DNA of 64,000 nucleotides from Mytilus trossulus (Eukaryota): NCBI RefSeq assembly GCF_036588685.1, contig NC_086373.1, positions 372,001 to 436,000 of the forward strand, read 5' to 3'. Shown piece by piece: positions 63,000 to 64,000 of this stretch (position 1 is its first letter; each line of letters starts with the position of its first letter). The notes under the pieces were generated by a model. It saw only the letters and a program-made list of their open reading frames with translations, ran no database searches and was not told where the DNA came from. The position numbers and the translations under genes were made by a program.

Positions 63000-63450
63000 T
63001 ATAGTGATCCTTAATTCAGCAATATCAACCAACTTTCATCTGTGAAACGGATATTCCATAACGTTCAACCACTTCGTGATAGTGTTCGTAATATGAATTA
63101 AGTGATGATTTTAACTTTATCAGTTGGAACTCTTGGTTTAATAGTATCCTTTTGAGCAGCAACCCTCTATTAAGGAAATCATGACAGGAAATACAAACCG
63201 AGGTATATCATATCAATTAAGAAATAAATATTCTGTATGCTGGCTCTGCTGGAATGTTGCCTTACAGAAATAGAAAGTTCACAATTGGGAAGCTGAAATC
63301 ATCTCGTTTGTCGCGTAAAGTTTGGTTTCAACCGACCCTCATTGCCAATTTTTAAGTAAGGCAGAAAAATCTGTAACTGTTTTATCCTTTATATCAAGTG
63401 AGATGAGATCAATGTGATCAACATAGTAACCAAACTTTGAACTATTTAGT
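63000..63450 (-). mobile_element. Degenerate Penelope-like RT fragment
   Basis: Reverse strand reads RDDFSFPIVNFLFL*GNIPAEPAY...CHDFLNRGLLL...NQEFQLIKLKSSL. Confidence 0.7.
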
Positions 63451-63789
63451 GAGAGATTAGCTACTGTCAAATATGGTTTATATTTTGAATACCTTTATTT
63501 TAAGTCATTCCAATAGACTTTAAGTACGGGCTTTGCTCATTGTTGGAGGCCGTACGGTGACCTATAGTTGTTAATGTTTGTGTCATTTTGGTCTTTTGTG
63601 GATAGTTGTCTCATTGGCAATCATACCACATCTTCTTATATATTTTACCAGCGATTCTACAACATTTTATGCAAAAACAGTAATGCAAATTTTATGGCGT
63701 TGTCAGTTTGATTTAGATTTACGAGTTTGACTGTCCCTTTGGTATCTTTCGTCCCTCGTTTATAGTAGCCATATCTTAATAAATTTTAT

Positions 63790-63925
63790 ATTTTCATCTT
63801 AACTTTTGTGTGATTTCTCTGATACTTTTAAGAGGTTTTGAGCTTCACTGATGAGGCTTTTGTAGAAGAAACGCGTGTCTGGCGTATACGCTAAATTTAG
63901 TCCTGGTATCTACGATGAGTTTATT
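63790..63925 (+). mobile_element. Degenerate retrozyme-family fragment with hammerhead remnant
   Basis: gcttcaCTGATGAggcttttgtagaaGAAAcgcgtgTCtggcgt: core intact but helix II broken. Confidence 0.55.
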
Positions 63926-64000
63926 TGTACTGAGTTCCTACTGTTAAAGCCACTGTTGCTTATACGCAATTACATCATGATCACTTACAGTGACAAAACA

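Overview
AT-rich, repeat-dense eukaryotic DNA with spliceosomal introns. The repeat families resemble those of bivalve (probably Mytilus mussel) genomes; this is inference. All recognisable genes are on the - strand: an intact 2-exon secreted SUEL/rhamnose-binding lectin (19345-18381) and its pseudogene twin (6717-5475), a 2-exon prostanoid (EP4-like) GPCR (31514-28705), and a disrupted LIN-24/ETX-MTX2 aerolysin-like pore-forming protein gene (about 54704-53972). A 14.5-kb 71-bp satellite (about 35770-50285) produces all the repetitive 61-aa ORFs, which are not genes; it appears to have expanded inside one copy of a dispersed element. The most notable non-coding signal is a set of ~350-nt retrozyme-like elements carrying minimal type I hammerhead ribozymes. 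These include a head-to-tail pair bounding a 345-nt monomer (58810-59154) and a second family (17591-17975) whose hammerhead and an additional structured module covary with the first. Penelope-like RT fragments, CR1/L2- and RNaseH-type LINE relics (one with a 2A-like motif), a Helitron, many MITEs, a 64-bp minisatellite and one assembly gap are also present. All alignments were done by eye, so repeat boundaries are approximate.
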